Shown: positions 27,582-37,340 of the stretch, piece after piece
Position numbering within the stretch: the first letter of the stretch is position 1
Layout: each line of letters begins with the position of its first letter
Assembly: GCA_964505155.1 (NCBI GenBank)
Contig: CAZDGL010000004.1
Coordinates: forward strand, 4,110 to 68,109
DNA length: 64,000 bases
DNA from: an uncultured Candidatus Saccharibacteria bacterium
GTDB lineage: Bacteria; Patescibacteriota; Minisyncoccia; Phycocordibacterales; UBA9973
Reading direction: 5' to 3'
Position numbers and translations under genes: made by a program
Notes under the pieces: model-generated
Seen by the model: only the letters and a program-made list of their open reading frames with translations
The model's database searches: none
Told to the model about the DNA's origin: nothing

Positions 27582-27846
27582 AATAAAGGCAAAGGTCTGG
27601 CTTTATCCTGGTCTTGGGGGTTGGCATTTTGTGACACTAGAGAAAAGTCTCTCTGAAAAAATAAAAAAAGACTTTCCCAAAGGCTTTGTAAAAATACAAG
27701 CAAAACTAGGTAAAACAATTTGGAATACTTCTTTGTTTCCACATAAACTCTCCAAAAGCTATCTTCTTTGTATAAAAAATAATGTTCGTAAAGCAGAGGC
27801 AGTTATGGAAGGAGATGATATCAGTGTTTCTATAAAGATACTTTAG
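27565..27846 (+). CDS. DUF1905-family protein
   Basis: KIKAKVWLYPGLGGWHFVTL...TIWNTSLFP. Confidence 0.55.
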   Translation: MKKEFKIKAKVWLYPGLGGWHFVTLEKSLSEKIKKDFPKGFVKIQAKLGKTIWNTSLFPHKLSKSYLLCIKNNVRKAEAVMEGDDISVSIKIL

Positions 27847-27862
27847 ATAGTAAAATAAAGTC

Positions 27863-28513
27863 ATGTTAAGTTTCAATAAAAAAGAAATAGCTTTGCTCAA
27901 AAAGCTAAACACCCCTCTGAAGTTGCAAGACTTTATAAATAGCATTCCTTTTAATCACGAAATAAATGGTCCGACAGCCAAAAGTCCGATACGAGTTTTG
28001 AGAGAAAATAGCGCGCATTGTTTGGAAGGAGCTATCTTGGCGGCCTATGTACTTTCTCTACACGGTTACAAACCATTTATTCTTCATCTGCAAACTACTC
28101 CAAATGACTTTGAGCATGTTATTGCTCCATTTAAAAAAGGAGAGTTTTGGGGAGCAATATCCAAGACCAACCACAGTGTTCTGAGATACAGAGATCCGGT
28201 GTATCAAAGTCTAAGAGAGCTAGTGATGTCGTATTTCCACGAATACACTACAAATGACGGACAAAAGACTTTGAGGAAGTATTCTGAGGTTTTGGACCTG
28301 AGCAAGTTTGGTCAGGGTTGGGAGCTTGAGAAGCAGGATTTGTGGGGTATCGACCAAGAGCTTGGCAAAATAAAGCACTTCGATATTGTGCCAAAAGGGG
28401 TAAGGCTTAGAAAATCTGACCAGATAGAGCGCCTGGCGGGAGAGGTTGTAGAATGGCCTATTTTAAAGGCTAAAAGTAAGACTCTTGCCAAAAAATATAA
28501 ATCTGTGGTATAA
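27863..28513 (+). CDS. hypothetical protein, possibly with a transglutaminase-like Cys-His fold
   Basis: ENSAHCLEGAILAAYVLSLHGY followed by DFEHV. A weak call. Confidence 0.3.
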   Translation: MLSFNKKEIALLKKLNTPLKLQDFINSIPFNHEINGPTAKSPIRVLRENSAHCLEGAILAAYVLSLHGYKPFILHLQTTPNDFEHVIAPFKKGEFWGAISKTNHSVLRYRDPVYQSLRELVMSYFHEYTTNDGQKTLRKYSEVLDLSKFGQGWELEKQDLWGIDQELGKIKHFDIVPKGVRLRKSDQIERLAGEVVEWPILKAKSKTLAKKYKSVV

Positions 28514-28554
28514 TAGAGAGATACTAGTAATAATTTAAGTACTCAAACAAAAAT

Positions 28555-28740
28555 ATGCCAGAAATAAAAGCTCTATGTATGAAATGTCGCGATGCAAATA
28601 ACAAGCCAACAATGCAAGTTATGAAGGATATCGTGGTAGAAGAAAAGAACAATCGTTACTCAGCAAAAGGAAAGTGTTCTAATTGTGGAGGTAACATGTT
28701 CAAGTTCATGAACAAAGAGACTGCTGACAGTCTAAAATAA
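28555..28740 (+). CDS. small zinc-ribbon protein
   Basis: CMKC...CSNCGG. Confidence 0.4.
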   Translation: MPEIKALCMKCRDANNKPTMQVMKDIVVEEKNNRYSAKGKCSNCGGNMFKFMNKETADSLK

Positions 28741-28799
28741 TAAGACAAGAAGGTGCTCGCTATCATGGCGGGCATTTTCTTTTGTGGTAGTATCAAGAT

Positions 28800-29369
28800 A
28801 TGGAAATAAAATCTGCTGTTTTCAAAAAAGGAAGCCCAAGTATAAGTGGGGTTTTTGACGACGGACTACCGCACGTGGCTTTTATCGGTCGCTCAAATGT
28901 TGGTAAAAGTAGTACCATAAATGCTCTAACAAAATCCAAAAACTTAGCCAAAACAAGTAGTGCTCCAGGGGCGACAAAGCATATCAACATGTTTTTGATT
29001 AACAACAAGTTTTATATTGTGGATTTGCCGGGTTATGGTTTTGTCCGAGGATCAGTAGGAAAGCGTGATACTTTGCATAGTCTTATAGAGAGCTATCTAT
29101 CTTATCCTTATGACAAAGAGCAAAAGATAGTTTTGATACTCGATGCCAAGGTAGGACCAACAAAAGATGATCTCGACATCCTATCTTCACTTGAAAGACT
29201 GGGCAAAGATATAGTCGTAGCTATTAACAAAGTAGATCGCCTCAAAAACTCTGAAATCAAATCAGTGCAACAAAAAATCCTCTCTCTAGTTGGACCACAC
29301 AAAATAGTTTTTTATTCTGCGGAAAAAGGTGAAAGCGTCAAAGAGCTTTGGTTAAAAATAAATAGTTAG
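28800..29369 (+). CDS. engB: ribosome-biogenesis GTPase YihA/EngB
   Basis: Motifs GRSNVGKSS, DLPGYG and NKVD. Confidence 0.85.
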   Translation: MEIKSAVFKKGSPSISGVFDDGLPHVAFIGRSNVGKSSTINALTKSKNLAKTSSAPGATKHINMFLINNKFYIVDLPGYGFVRGSVGKRDTLHSLIESYLSYPYDKEQKIVLILDAKVGPTKDDLDILSSLERLGKDIVVAINKVDRLKNSEIKSVQQKILSLVGPHKIVFYSAEKGESVKELWLKINS

Positions 29370-29441
29370 TTTTGCACAGTTTTATTTTTGTAACAGGAGT
29401 ATAATATAAGAGGTCGTATTAATTTAAATAAAATATTTCAT

Positions 29442-29678
29442 ATGAAAGGTTTACACAAACTTACTTGGATCCTAGTAATCATCGGTGGACTTAACTGGCT
29501 ACTTGTTGGTCTTTTTGGTTGGGATGTTGGTGCTATCTTCGGAGGCATGTCAGCACCTATCTCAAAGATCATCTATGTACTAGTTGGTCTATCTGCTCTT
29601 GTGGAACTCTTCTCTCACAAGAAGAACTGCAAAGCTTGTTCTACTGGCTCTATGCCTAGTTCTACACCAAACATGTAA
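29442..29678 (+). CDS. DUF378-family small membrane protein
   Basis: GGLNWLLVGLFGWDV...IYVLVGLSAL. Confidence 0.6.
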   Translation: MKGLHKLTWILVIIGGLNWLLVGLFGWDVGAIFGGMSAPISKIIYVLVGLSALVELFSHKKNCKACSTGSMPSSTPNM

Positions 29679-29701
29679 CTTTGACAGGGCGCATGTTTTG
29701 C

Positions 29702-29735
29702 AAAAAAGCCTCAGAAGTTTCTGAGGCTTTTTTGA
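29702..29735. terminator. bidirectional terminator
   Basis: gcctcaga-agtt-tctgaggc flanked by an A-run and a T-run. Confidence 0.75.
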
Positions 29736-30518
29736 TTAGTTTTTCTTTAGTATTTCTATCTCTTTAGCGCTAATCCTTTTGACAAATCCTGGTTTCATGG
29801 ATCCTATCTTTAGTTGTCCTATACGTATACGAATCAAGCTCTCGATAGTCAGGTGACAAGCATCACACATCCGACGGATTTGGTGTTTGCGTCCCTCGGT
29901 CAGCACGATAGTAAAAGAGTTTTTGGAAACTTTTTTGGTTTTGGCTGGCTTGGTCTTTATCTTGTCGAGTACTATACCTTGTTCCATTTTTTGGAGAGCG
30001 CTTGGTTCTACTTGCTCTCTAACAAAAACCAAATACTCTTTTTCGATAGTTGAATTTTCTTTGGTCAGACTTCTCGCTAGAGAACCGTCATTTGATAGGA
30101 TTATCAAACCTTCTGAATCTTTATCAAGTCTGCCGATAGGCGCTAAGTGAGATAGGGTAGGTAAGCGATCATGAATGTCTTTGTTCTCTGGGGAGGTTTT
30201 GGTAGTTTCGATACCACGAGGTTTGTACACTAGTATAGCTTCTTTGTTTACAATGTTTTTGTCAGAAAGAGTTATGACATCTTTTTGTGGATCTATACCA
30301 AAACCTGTTTCTCTGACTGTTTTGCCGTTTACTTTGACTTCACCAGAGGAGATCAGTGTCTTGGCTTCGCGACGAGAGGCAAGTCCCATATGGGCGATAG
30401 CACGCTCAAGACGCTCTAGTCCGGGAGCTAGAGTTGAGACGTCTTTGGGCTTTTGTTTGGATAGAGGTTTTGGCCCTTTTGGGGTTTTGTAAAATCTCTT
30501 TTTTGCAAATTTTGCCAT
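29736..30518 (-). CDS. RsuA/RluB-family pseudouridine synthase with an S4 domain
   Basis: S4 domain (RLERAIAHMGLASRREAKTLI) and catalytic motif GRLDKDSEGLIILSNDG. The start was trimmed to MAKFAKK at 30518. Confidence 0.8.
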   Translation of the reverse strand: MAKFAKKRFYKTPKGPKPLSKQKPKDVSTLAPGLERLERAIAHMGLASRREAKTLISSGEVKVNGKTVRETGFGIDPQKDVITLSDKNIVNKEAILVYKPRGIETTKTSPENKDIHDRLPTLSHLAPIGRLDKDSEGLIILSNDGSLARSLTKENSTIEKEYLVFVREQVEPSALQKMEQGIVLDKIKTKPAKTKKVSKNSFTIVLTEGRKHQIRRMCDACHLTIESLIRIRIGQLKIGSMKPGFVKRISAKEIEILKKN

Positions 30519-30761
30519 AATAAATCCACTATAACATATATCTTTAAAAAGATTTTGTTGGTACAATTGTAAGCGTAAAAGAATTAATAAAAACATTTTA
30601 TGGCCAAAGGAAACGAAAGTAGAAAAAAAGAAACAAAGAAACCAAAAAAGGTAAAAGTAAAATAAACTAAAAGCCCCTAGAGTAGGGGCTTTTAGTTGGT
30701 ATTGCTTTTGTCAGTAAGTGTAGTATAATAGGAAGTGTATACTGTTTTATAGTAATCAGGT

Positions 30762-31145
30762 GTGCACACAAAGAGTACTACCATGACACTATCAAATATC
30801 ATTCTTATCTTGCTTAGGTCCGAAAAAGGCAGAGTCAGTGTTACTAAACTATTTTATTTGGTTGGCAGTTATTATAAAAACTACACCAAAGAACGTTCAC
30901 CAAGTCAGCCACAGATTCTTCATGCTGTAGATTTGATGGCAGAGGATGGCTTTGTCATCAAGACAATCACTGGGAATTTGGTTGAATTTCAAATCTCAAA
31001 CAAGGGCTATGGCAAACTCCGATCTTGGTACGCTCCAAAGAAAATGCTCTCAATCATAAGTAATGACTTTGCAAAAATGCTCTCAATAGTAGCCACAGCG
31101 CTTTCTATACTCGCTACATTTCTAAGTATTAAGGCTCGTTACTAG
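30762..31145 (+). CDS. hypothetical protein
   Basis: ORF only. Confidence 0.35.
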   Translation: MHTKSTTMTLSNIILILLRSEKGRVSVTKLFYLVGSYYKNYTKERSPSQPQILHAVDLMAEDGFVIKTITGNLVEFQISNKGYGKLRSWYAPKKMLSIISNDFAKMLSIVATALSILATFLSIKARY

Positions 31146-31200
31146 ATTGTTTGCTAAAGTAGGAGTACACTATAACCATAGTAGAATAAATTTATTTTTT

Positions 31201-31629
31201 ATGAATAAAACAATCACTGCTCTTTTGCGTATTTCACTTGGGTTTATCTTTCTTTGGGCTTTTGCTGACAAAACATTTGGACTTGGTTTTGCAACGACAT
31301 CAGCCAACGCTTGGATAAATGGCGGTTCGCCAACTTATGGATTTTTGACTTTTGCTACCAAGGGACCTTTTGCTGACTTCTTTAAATCTTTAGCCGGAAA
31401 TAATTTTGTCGACATTGTCTTTATGGTTGGACTTTTGTTTGTGGGACTTTCAATGCTTTTCAATAAATTTGTAAAATGGGGAAGTGCTGCTGGGTTTTTG
31501 ATGGTGGTGCTTATGTATCTAGCGGTTTTACCTCCAGAAAATAACCCTGTACTTGATGACCATATAGTTTATGCGCTTGTATTTCTAGGAATATTTAGTC
31601 TCTATAGAAGAAACAAGGAGCTGGTTTAA
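31201..31629 (+). CDS. DoxX-like small membrane protein
   Basis: LRISLGFIFLWAFADK followed by multiple TM helices. Lies upstream of msrA. Confidence 0.4.
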   Translation: MNKTITALLRISLGFIFLWAFADKTFGLGFATTSANAWINGGSPTYGFLTFATKGPFADFFKSLAGNNFVDIVFMVGLLFVGLSMLFNKFVKWGSAAGFLMVVLMYLAVLPPENNPVLDDHIVYALVFLGIFSLYRRNKELV

Positions 31630-31632
31630 ATC

Positions 31633-32157
31633 ATGCAAACTATATATTTAGCCGGAGGATGCTTTTGGTGTACTGAGGCAGTTTTCAAGAGCCTTCGGGG
31701 TGTTTCGGAGGTCATACCTGGATATATCGGAGGTACTGTGGTGAACCCTAGTTATGAACAAATATGCACCGGTGAGACAGGACATGCTGAAGCTGTGAAA
31801 GTAGTTTATGACGAAAGAGTTTTGTCTTTGACAGATTTACTTGAGATATTTTTTGCGACTCACAATCCGACAACTTTAAATAGACAGGGTAACGATGTCG
31901 GGACTCAATACCGAAGTGCTATTTTCTTTACAAACAGTCAACAAGAGATTGCTTCCCACGAAGCTTTCAAAGAAGCCCAGAAAAAGTTTTCTGACAAAAT
32001 AGTTACCGAAGTTGTAAGAGCGACTGCGTTTTATCCGGCAGAAGAATATCATCGGGATTATTATTTTGCCCACTCCAATCAGCCTTATTGTATGTTAGTT
32101 ATTGATCCTAAACTTGAGAAGCTCCAAAAGGATTTTGGTGATAAACTGGTTTCATAA
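31633..32157 (+). CDS. msrA: peptide methionine sulfoxide reductase A
   Basis: IYLAGGCFWCTEAVF...GHAEAVKVVYD. Confidence 0.9.
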   Translation: MQTIYLAGGCFWCTEAVFKSLRGVSEVIPGYIGGTVVNPSYEQICTGETGHAEAVKVVYDERVLSLTDLLEIFFATHNPTTLNRQGNDVGTQYRSAIFFTNSQQEIASHEAFKEAQKKFSDKIVTEVVRATAFYPAEEYHRDYYFAHSNQPYCMLVIDPKLEKLQKDFGDKLVS

Positions 32158-32855
32158 TGACCTATAAGGATATCCAAAAAGAGCTTCGTCGTTTGGCGAG
32201 CAAAGAAAGAGCAAAAACTAATGCTTGGTTTTTTAAGACTGGTAAAGGGCAGTATGGTGAGGGGGATAAGTTCATTGGCGTCAGTAACCCGGATGCTAGA
32301 GAAGTAGCTCTTAAATACAAAGATTTGGATTTTAAAGAAGTTAAAAGTTTACTTGATTCAAAGATTCATGAAGAACGTTTTGTAGCTCTCGAAATACTGG
32401 TAGCCAAATATGAAAAAGGCGATGTTAATCAAAAGAAAAAAGTAGCAAACTTTTATCTCAAAAACAAAAAACAAATAAACAACTGGGACTTGGTCGATAC
32501 TAGCGCCTCATATATATTGGGGGATTATCTTTTTGATAAAAATAGAAGCATTCTGTATAAGCTCGTCAAAAGCAAAAGTCTTTGGGATAGGAGGATAGCA
32601 GTTATCGCTACTCACTATTTTATAAAACAAAAGGATTTCCAAGACATTTTTGTATTTGCTGAGATGTTGATAGGTGACAAAGAGGATTTGATGCACAAGG
32701 CTGTGGGTTGGATGCTTCGTGAGGTGGGTAAAAAAGATGAAAAAGCTCTGACCAAGTTTCTAGATAGATTTGCTACAAAGCTACCACGCACAACTTTGCG
32801 TTATGCCATAGAGCGACTCTCGTCTGTACAGAAACAAAACTATATGAAAAAATAA
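32157..32855 (+). CDS. DNA alkylation repair (AlkD-like HEAT-repeat) protein
   Basis: NAWFFKTGKGQYGEGDKFIGV...LWDRRIAVIA. Confidence 0.65.
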   Translation: MTYKDIQKELRRLASKERAKTNAWFFKTGKGQYGEGDKFIGVSNPDAREVALKYKDLDFKEVKSLLDSKIHEERFVALEILVAKYEKGDVNQKKKVANFYLKNKKQINNWDLVDTSASYILGDYLFDKNRSILYKLVKSKSLWDRRIAVIATHYFIKQKDFQDIFVFAEMLIGDKEDLMHKAVGWMLREVGKKDEKALTKFLDRFATKLPRTTLRYAIERLSSVQKQNYMKK

Positions 32856-32860
32856 GCTTT

Positions 32861-33472
32861 ATGAAACAAGACAAAGAACTCGTACTGTATCAAATATTTT
32901 TTATCTTTATTTTGCCAGTAGCGCTTTTGGTTTTTGGAATTGTGCCGGTAGCTTGGCGGATGATTGCTTTGTGTGTGTCCATGCTCTTTATGTATGGAGT
33001 TATCCAAAACGAAAAGATTTCCGACGAAACTATGGGCTTGCGCAACAACTCTTTCAAACGCTCTCTGATACCGTATCTACTCTTTACTTTGGTCGGAGCA
33101 TTTGTGTTCGTTAGACTCTCTGATGTTTTGGCGATAAATCCAAACATCGTTTGGTGGCAACATGCACACTTCTTATTTCTTTTTTTGCCAGTATCACTCC
33201 TTCAAGAGATAGCTTATCGAGGTTTTCTTTTTCCAAAGCTTCGAGAGTTGTCTCAAAAGTGGTGGGTAGTGATAGGGGCCAATGCTGTTTTGTTTACGAT
33301 ACTCCATGCTATTTATCCTATGGCACAGCTCATGCTTCCAGTGGCATTTTTCTCAGGTCTTGCTTTGGCTATCATGTATCGATACTTTCCAAACTTACTA
33401 CTTATTTCTCTCGCGCATGCAGTTTTAAACTTCATCGCAGTCTTGCACGGTTTCTTTTATTTTCACGAGTAG
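32861..33472 (+). CDS. CPBP-family (CAAX/Abi) intramembrane metalloprotease
   Basis: Motifs EIAYRGFLF (EExxxR), FTILH and HAVLNF. Confidence 0.75.
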   Translation: MKQDKELVLYQIFFIFILPVALLVFGIVPVAWRMIALCVSMLFMYGVIQNEKISDETMGLRNNSFKRSLIPYLLFTLVGAFVFVRLSDVLAINPNIVWWQHAHFLFLFLPVSLLQEIAYRGFLFPKLRELSQKWWVVIGANAVLFTILHAIYPMAQLMLPVAFFSGLALAIMYRYFPNLLLISLAHAVLNFIAVLHGFFYFHE

Positions 33473-33517
33473 TTTTTTGTTGTAGTAGCTTTGACAAATT
33501 AGGAGTATACTAAGTGT

Positions 33518-34243
33518 ATGGAACAAAAACATCATCCACTCATAATACTAGGCTTTATTTTAGGAGGTAGCTTTTTGGTAGCTTCACTCGTTGGAGCGTT
33601 TACTGTATTTCGCTTAAGGTCTTTAAATGACGTCGTCTCTGTCACCGGTTCTGCTAAGGTGGAAGTCACTGCCGATCAAGGTAAATGGGTAAGTCAGATC
33701 AGTAGGACTGTTAGACAAAACTCTCTAAAATCCGGCTATGATCAAATGTCAAAAGATTTGGTAGTCGTAAAAGATTTTTTAAAACAAAATGCAGTAGAGG
33801 AGACAAGTATAACTGTAGCGCCGGTTTTTATGATGGAGGTTTACAACCAAAACGTAGAGGCTGAAAAACAATATACCCTAACTCAAAGTATAGAGGTTCA
33901 ATCTGCTGATGTTTACAAACTACAAAGCTTATCTCAAAAAGCTGGAGAACTTATAAATAAAGGCGTTTTGTACTCTAGTACTTCTCTAGAATTTTATTAT
34001 TCAAAACTACCAGAGACTCGCATAGCGCTTCTCTCTGATGCTATTGCTGATGCAAAAGCTAGAGCTGGAGAGTTGGCAAAGAACTCTGGCAAGAAGGTGG
34101 GTTCCCTCAAATCAGCAACAAGTGGAGTAGTGCAAGTCCAGTCTCGCAACTCAACAGACGTTTCTGATTATGGTTTTTATGATACTTCTAAAATAGAAAA
34201 ACAGGTGACAGTAACAGTTAAGGCCTCATTTACTCTAAAATAA
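33518..34243 (+). CDS. SIMPL/DUF541-domain protein
   Basis: N-terminal TM helix followed by VTGSAKVEVTAD..., a typical SIMPL domain. Confidence 0.7.
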   Translation: MEQKHHPLIILGFILGGSFLVASLVGAFTVFRLRSLNDVVSVTGSAKVEVTADQGKWVSQISRTVRQNSLKSGYDQMSKDLVVVKDFLKQNAVEETSITVAPVFMMEVYNQNVEAEKQYTLTQSIEVQSADVYKLQSLSQKAGELINKGVLYSSTSLEFYYSKLPETRIALLSDAIADAKARAGELAKNSGKKVGSLKSATSGVVQVQSRNSTDVSDYGFYDTSKIEKQVTVTVKASFTLK

Positions 34244-34247
34244 TTTT

Positions 34248-34733
34248 ATGAAAAGGTTTTTGTTTTTGATATTTATTTTAACAATCTTTGATCTTACTAA
34301 AATATCAGCACAAGAGAAGGTAGCGGTAGAGACTGAAATAGAAGTTAAACAAAATGCTTTAGATAAAGGAGAAGCCAAGCTCAAAGAAATATTTGTCCCT
34401 ATATACAAAAGCATCGAAGAGTTTCGGATAAAACAAGCTCAAATATTTGTTGCAACCAGAGATAGCTTAAAGGTAAAGCTCGGAATAGTCTTGACCCAAG
34501 AAGCAACTGACAAACTCAAAGACTTCCTCGCTCCACCTCAAGCCCCAAACCCTATACCTCAAAATGAACCTCAAGCATCGGAGGCAAAAAAGCTAGATAA
34601 TCCTGCTGATTATGCAAAGCTCATATTATTTATCGGCTTGGCAACACTTTTTTTGAGTGTTTGGATGTTTTATACAGTTTTGATTTTGCTTCTTTTGGCT
34701 ATTTTGAGGTTGATTTTTAGGTCATTTTTATAG
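34248..34733 (+). CDS. hypothetical secreted or membrane-anchored protein
   Basis: Signal peptide plus a C-terminal TM helix. Confidence 0.4.
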   Translation: MKRFLFLIFILTIFDLTKISAQEKVAVETEIEVKQNALDKGEAKLKEIFVPIYKSIEEFRIKQAQIFVATRDSLKVKLGIVLTQEATDKLKDFLAPPQAPNPIPQNEPQASEAKKLDNPADYAKLILFIGLATLFLSVWMFYTVLILLLLAILRLIFRSFL

Positions 34734-34759
34734 GGCATTACTGTGCTAAAATACCTCTG

Positions 34760-35041
34760 ATGATCCGTAGCTTAGGCTTTGTCGCTATTATATTTGTTTC
34801 AGCACTATTTTTACCTTTTTGGGTACAAGGTATTTTGTATATTTGGGCTATTTTGACAATCCAGCACAAGCCTTTGGTTTTGTTGCCAGCTATCTTCTCT
34901 GACATTTGGTATGCTCCATCTGAAAATTTTAACTTGGGAAATCTAAAGACTACACTTTTGGTTTTGGTAGGACTCGTAGTTTATTTTCTGATTATTAAAA
35001 ATACTAGGTTGTTACAAAATAATGGTTTGGCGAAGAAATAA
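34760..35041 (+). CDS. small membrane protein (reduced MreD-like?)
   Basis: Three TM helices, immediately upstream of and overlapping the PBP2 gene. Confidence 0.3.
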   Translation: MIRSLGFVAIIFVSALFLPFWVQGILYIWAILTIQHKPLVLLPAIFSDIWYAPSENFNLGNLKTTLLVLVGLVVYFLIIKNTRLLQNNGLAKK

Positions 35042-36698
35042 AAAAATAAAAGTAGATGAACTCAATCCAGATGAAATAATCATGGATGTCCACAACTTGC
35101 CGTCTTTTGATCGACAACAGTTTGAAGGTCAGATAGAAAAACCAATAAGCAAAAAGGCACTGTCAGCTCTTTCTGTTACTATCTTTGTAGTAGCTATTGC
35201 TTTTGCATTTCGACTCTCTTATATACAAATTATAAAGTCTGATTTTTATACTCAAAAAAGTGAACAAAATAGTTTTGACGCTCTACCTTTGTTTGCTGAC
35301 CGAGGGGTTATCTATGATAGATATGGAACAGAGCTTGTTTGGAATCGTAGAGATGAGCAAAATCAAATAACCAGACGTTCTTATACTGATGCTCATGGTT
35401 TTGCCTCTCTTTTGGGTTATGTTTCTTATCCAGCCAAAGATGAGAAAGGTAAGTTTTGGCAAGAAAAAACTATTGGTAAAGATGGTGTAGAGAAAGAGTT
35501 TGATCTTATGCTCTCAGGGAAAAACGGTAAAAAACTTGTCGAGAGTGATGTCGCTGGCAATATTGTTTCTGAAGGAGCTGTAGAGTTTCCTGTTAGAGGA
35601 GAGAACTTATACCTCTCTATAGATAGTCGTATTCAAGAAGCTCTTTATAGCGGTATAAAGAGCTTGGCTGAGCGCTCTGGTTATGTCGGTGGTACTGGTA
35701 TCGTTATAGACATATATACTGGGGAGCTTTATGCTATGACTAGTTATCCAGAATACAACGGAGAGATTATCTCTGAAGGAGTAGATAAGGCAACTATAAA
35801 CAATTATCTGAAAAGCTCCTCAAAACCACTTCTTAATCGAGCAATAGAAGGAGTTTATACTCCTGGGTCTATCGTCAAACCATTTTTTGCTCTTGGTGCT
35901 TTGCAAGAGGAGATAATTTCCCCAAACAAAGTTATTTATACAAATGGAAAACTTGAAATCCCAAACCCTTACAACCCTAAACTAAAAACCATCTTTCGAG
36001 ACAATGCCAACCACGGAGCGGTGGATATGAGAAAGGCCTTAGCTGTTTCTTCTAACGTTTACTTTTACCAGATAGGTGGAGGTTTTGGAGATCAAAAAGG
36101 TCTCGGTATCGCCAACTTAGAAAAGTATTCCAAGATGTTTGGTTTGGGGCAAAAAACAGGTATCAATCTAAGCGGTGAGAGAGAAGGTAATATCCCAAGT
36201 ATAGAATGGAAAGCCAAAAGGTTTCCAGGGGACCCTTGGCGAGTAGGAGATACTTACAACACCTCTATCGGTCAGTATGGATTCCAAGTGACGCCTATCC
36301 AAATGGCTAGAGCGGTAGGAGCTGTCGCTTCTCGTGGACTACTCCAAACTCCAACTATTTTAAAAAGTCAGAACAAAAAAGATGAAGTCGCTCTCAGTAT
36401 CAAAGATAGCGCCTTTGATGTTGTTCATGAGGGTATGAGGCGCGCTGTTTTGGAAGGGATCGCTACTGCGCTTAAGAGTGATGTGCTACATGTAGCTGCC
36501 AAGTCCGGTACTGCGCAGATAAGGAACAATACTAGAGTCAACTCCTGGATAGAAGGATTTTTCCCTTTTGAAGAGCCTAGATTTGCTTTTGTGGTTTTGA
36601 TGGATGACGGCCCCAAGGTTTCCTCTGGAGCAGTGCATGCTTTTCGTCCGGTTATTGATTTGTTTGTAAATGATCCTAGTCTTTTGACGCAAAATTAA
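35022..36698 (+). CDS. mrdA: penicillin-binding protein 2 (class B transpeptidase)
   Basis: DRGVIYDRYG, SIVKP (SxxK), SSN and KSGTA. Confidence 0.8.
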   Translation: MVWRRNKKIKVDELNPDEIIMDVHNLPSFDRQQFEGQIEKPISKKALSALSVTIFVVAIAFAFRLSYIQIIKSDFYTQKSEQNSFDALPLFADRGVIYDRYGTELVWNRRDEQNQITRRSYTDAHGFASLLGYVSYPAKDEKGKFWQEKTIGKDGVEKEFDLMLSGKNGKKLVESDVAGNIVSEGAVEFPVRGENLYLSIDSRIQEALYSGIKSLAERSGYVGGTGIVIDIYTGELYAMTSYPEYNGEIISEGVDKATINNYLKSSSKPLLNRAIEGVYTPGSIVKPFFALGALQEEIISPNKVIYTNGKLEIPNPYNPKLKTIFRDNANHGAVDMRKALAVSSNVYFYQIGGGFGDQKGLGIANLEKYSKMFGLGQKTGINLSGEREGNIPSIEWKAKRFPGDPWRVGDTYNTSIGQYGFQVTPIQMARAVGAVASRGLLQTPTILKSQNKKDEVALSIKDSAFDVVHEGMRRAVLEGIATALKSDVLHVAAKSGTAQIRNNTRVNSWIEGFFPFEEPRFAFVVLMDDGPKVSSGAVHAFRPVIDLFVNDPSLLTQN

Positions 36699-36726
36699 AA
36701 AAGCGCTATAGTACAAAATCAAATAT

Positions 36727-37185
36727 ATGAAAGAACTAATCACACAAGAAAACAAAGAAGCTCTCGAAGCAGAACTCAAGGAACTCTCTGGTCCAAAGCG
36801 TCAAGAGATTATTTCGGCTGTAGAGTATGCCAAGAGTTTGGGGGATTTATCTGAAAATGCTGAGTATCATGCTGCTAGAGATGCTCAAGGAAGGCTAGAA
36901 GATAGAATCAAACAGATAGAATACGTCCTAAAGCATGCGGAGGTGGTAGAGAAACCAAGCGATGGCAGCGTAGCTGTCGGATCTACTGTCGTTATCAAAA
37001 AAGAAGGCGAAACAAATACTCGCACTTTTGTAATTGTTGGCTCAGAAGATACAGATATGCTCTCAGGTAAGATTTCTTATAAGAGTCCTATCGGACAAGC
37101 ACTCCATGGTAAAAAGAAAGGCGACAAGGTGAGTGTCTCAACTCCAAAAGGAGATATAGAGTATGAGATAGTTTCAGTTTCTTAG
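36727..37185 (+). CDS. greA: transcription elongation factor GreA
   Basis: Coiled-coil N-terminus and FKBP-like C-domain. LGDLSENAEYHAARDAQ. Confidence 0.9.
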   Translation: MKELITQENKEALEAELKELSGPKRQEIISAVEYAKSLGDLSENAEYHAARDAQGRLEDRIKQIEYVLKHAEVVEKPSDGSVAVGSTVVIKKEGETNTRTFVIVGSEDTDMLSGKISYKSPIGQALHGKKKGDKVSVSTPKGDIEYEIVSVS

Positions 37186-37195
37186 AGTTGTAAAC

Positions 37196-37224
37196 AAAAA
37201 ACCCTCGACAAGAGGGTTTTTTGT
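37196..37224 (+). terminator. rho-independent terminator
   Basis: ccctc-gacaa-gaggg followed by T6. Confidence 0.75.
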
Positions 37225-37283
37225 TTTGTTGTGTTTAAAAGTATTGTTATCCACACCCCGACGATTTGCTAATAGGGAGCATA

Positions 37284-37319
37284 GTGGAGTAAAATGGTAT
37301 CAAGTGGTAAGAAGTGGTA
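37284..37319 (+). promoter_or_regulatory. MraZ-type operator: four direct repeats GTGGAG/TGGTA/GTGGTA/GTGGTA at 10-bp phasing
   Basis: The repeats begin at 37284, 37295, 37304 and 37314, just upstream of mraZ and downstream of a TTGTTA-17-TGCTAAT promoter. Confidence 0.5.
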
Positions 37320-37340
37320 AAAAGGAAAGTGAGTTAAAAA

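Noticed and set aside
34760-35041. Calling the 93-aa membrane protein MreD
   Set aside because: Only the position upstream of PBP2 and its hydrophobicity support this. It is too short for a sequence-based assignment and is left as a low-confidence comment.
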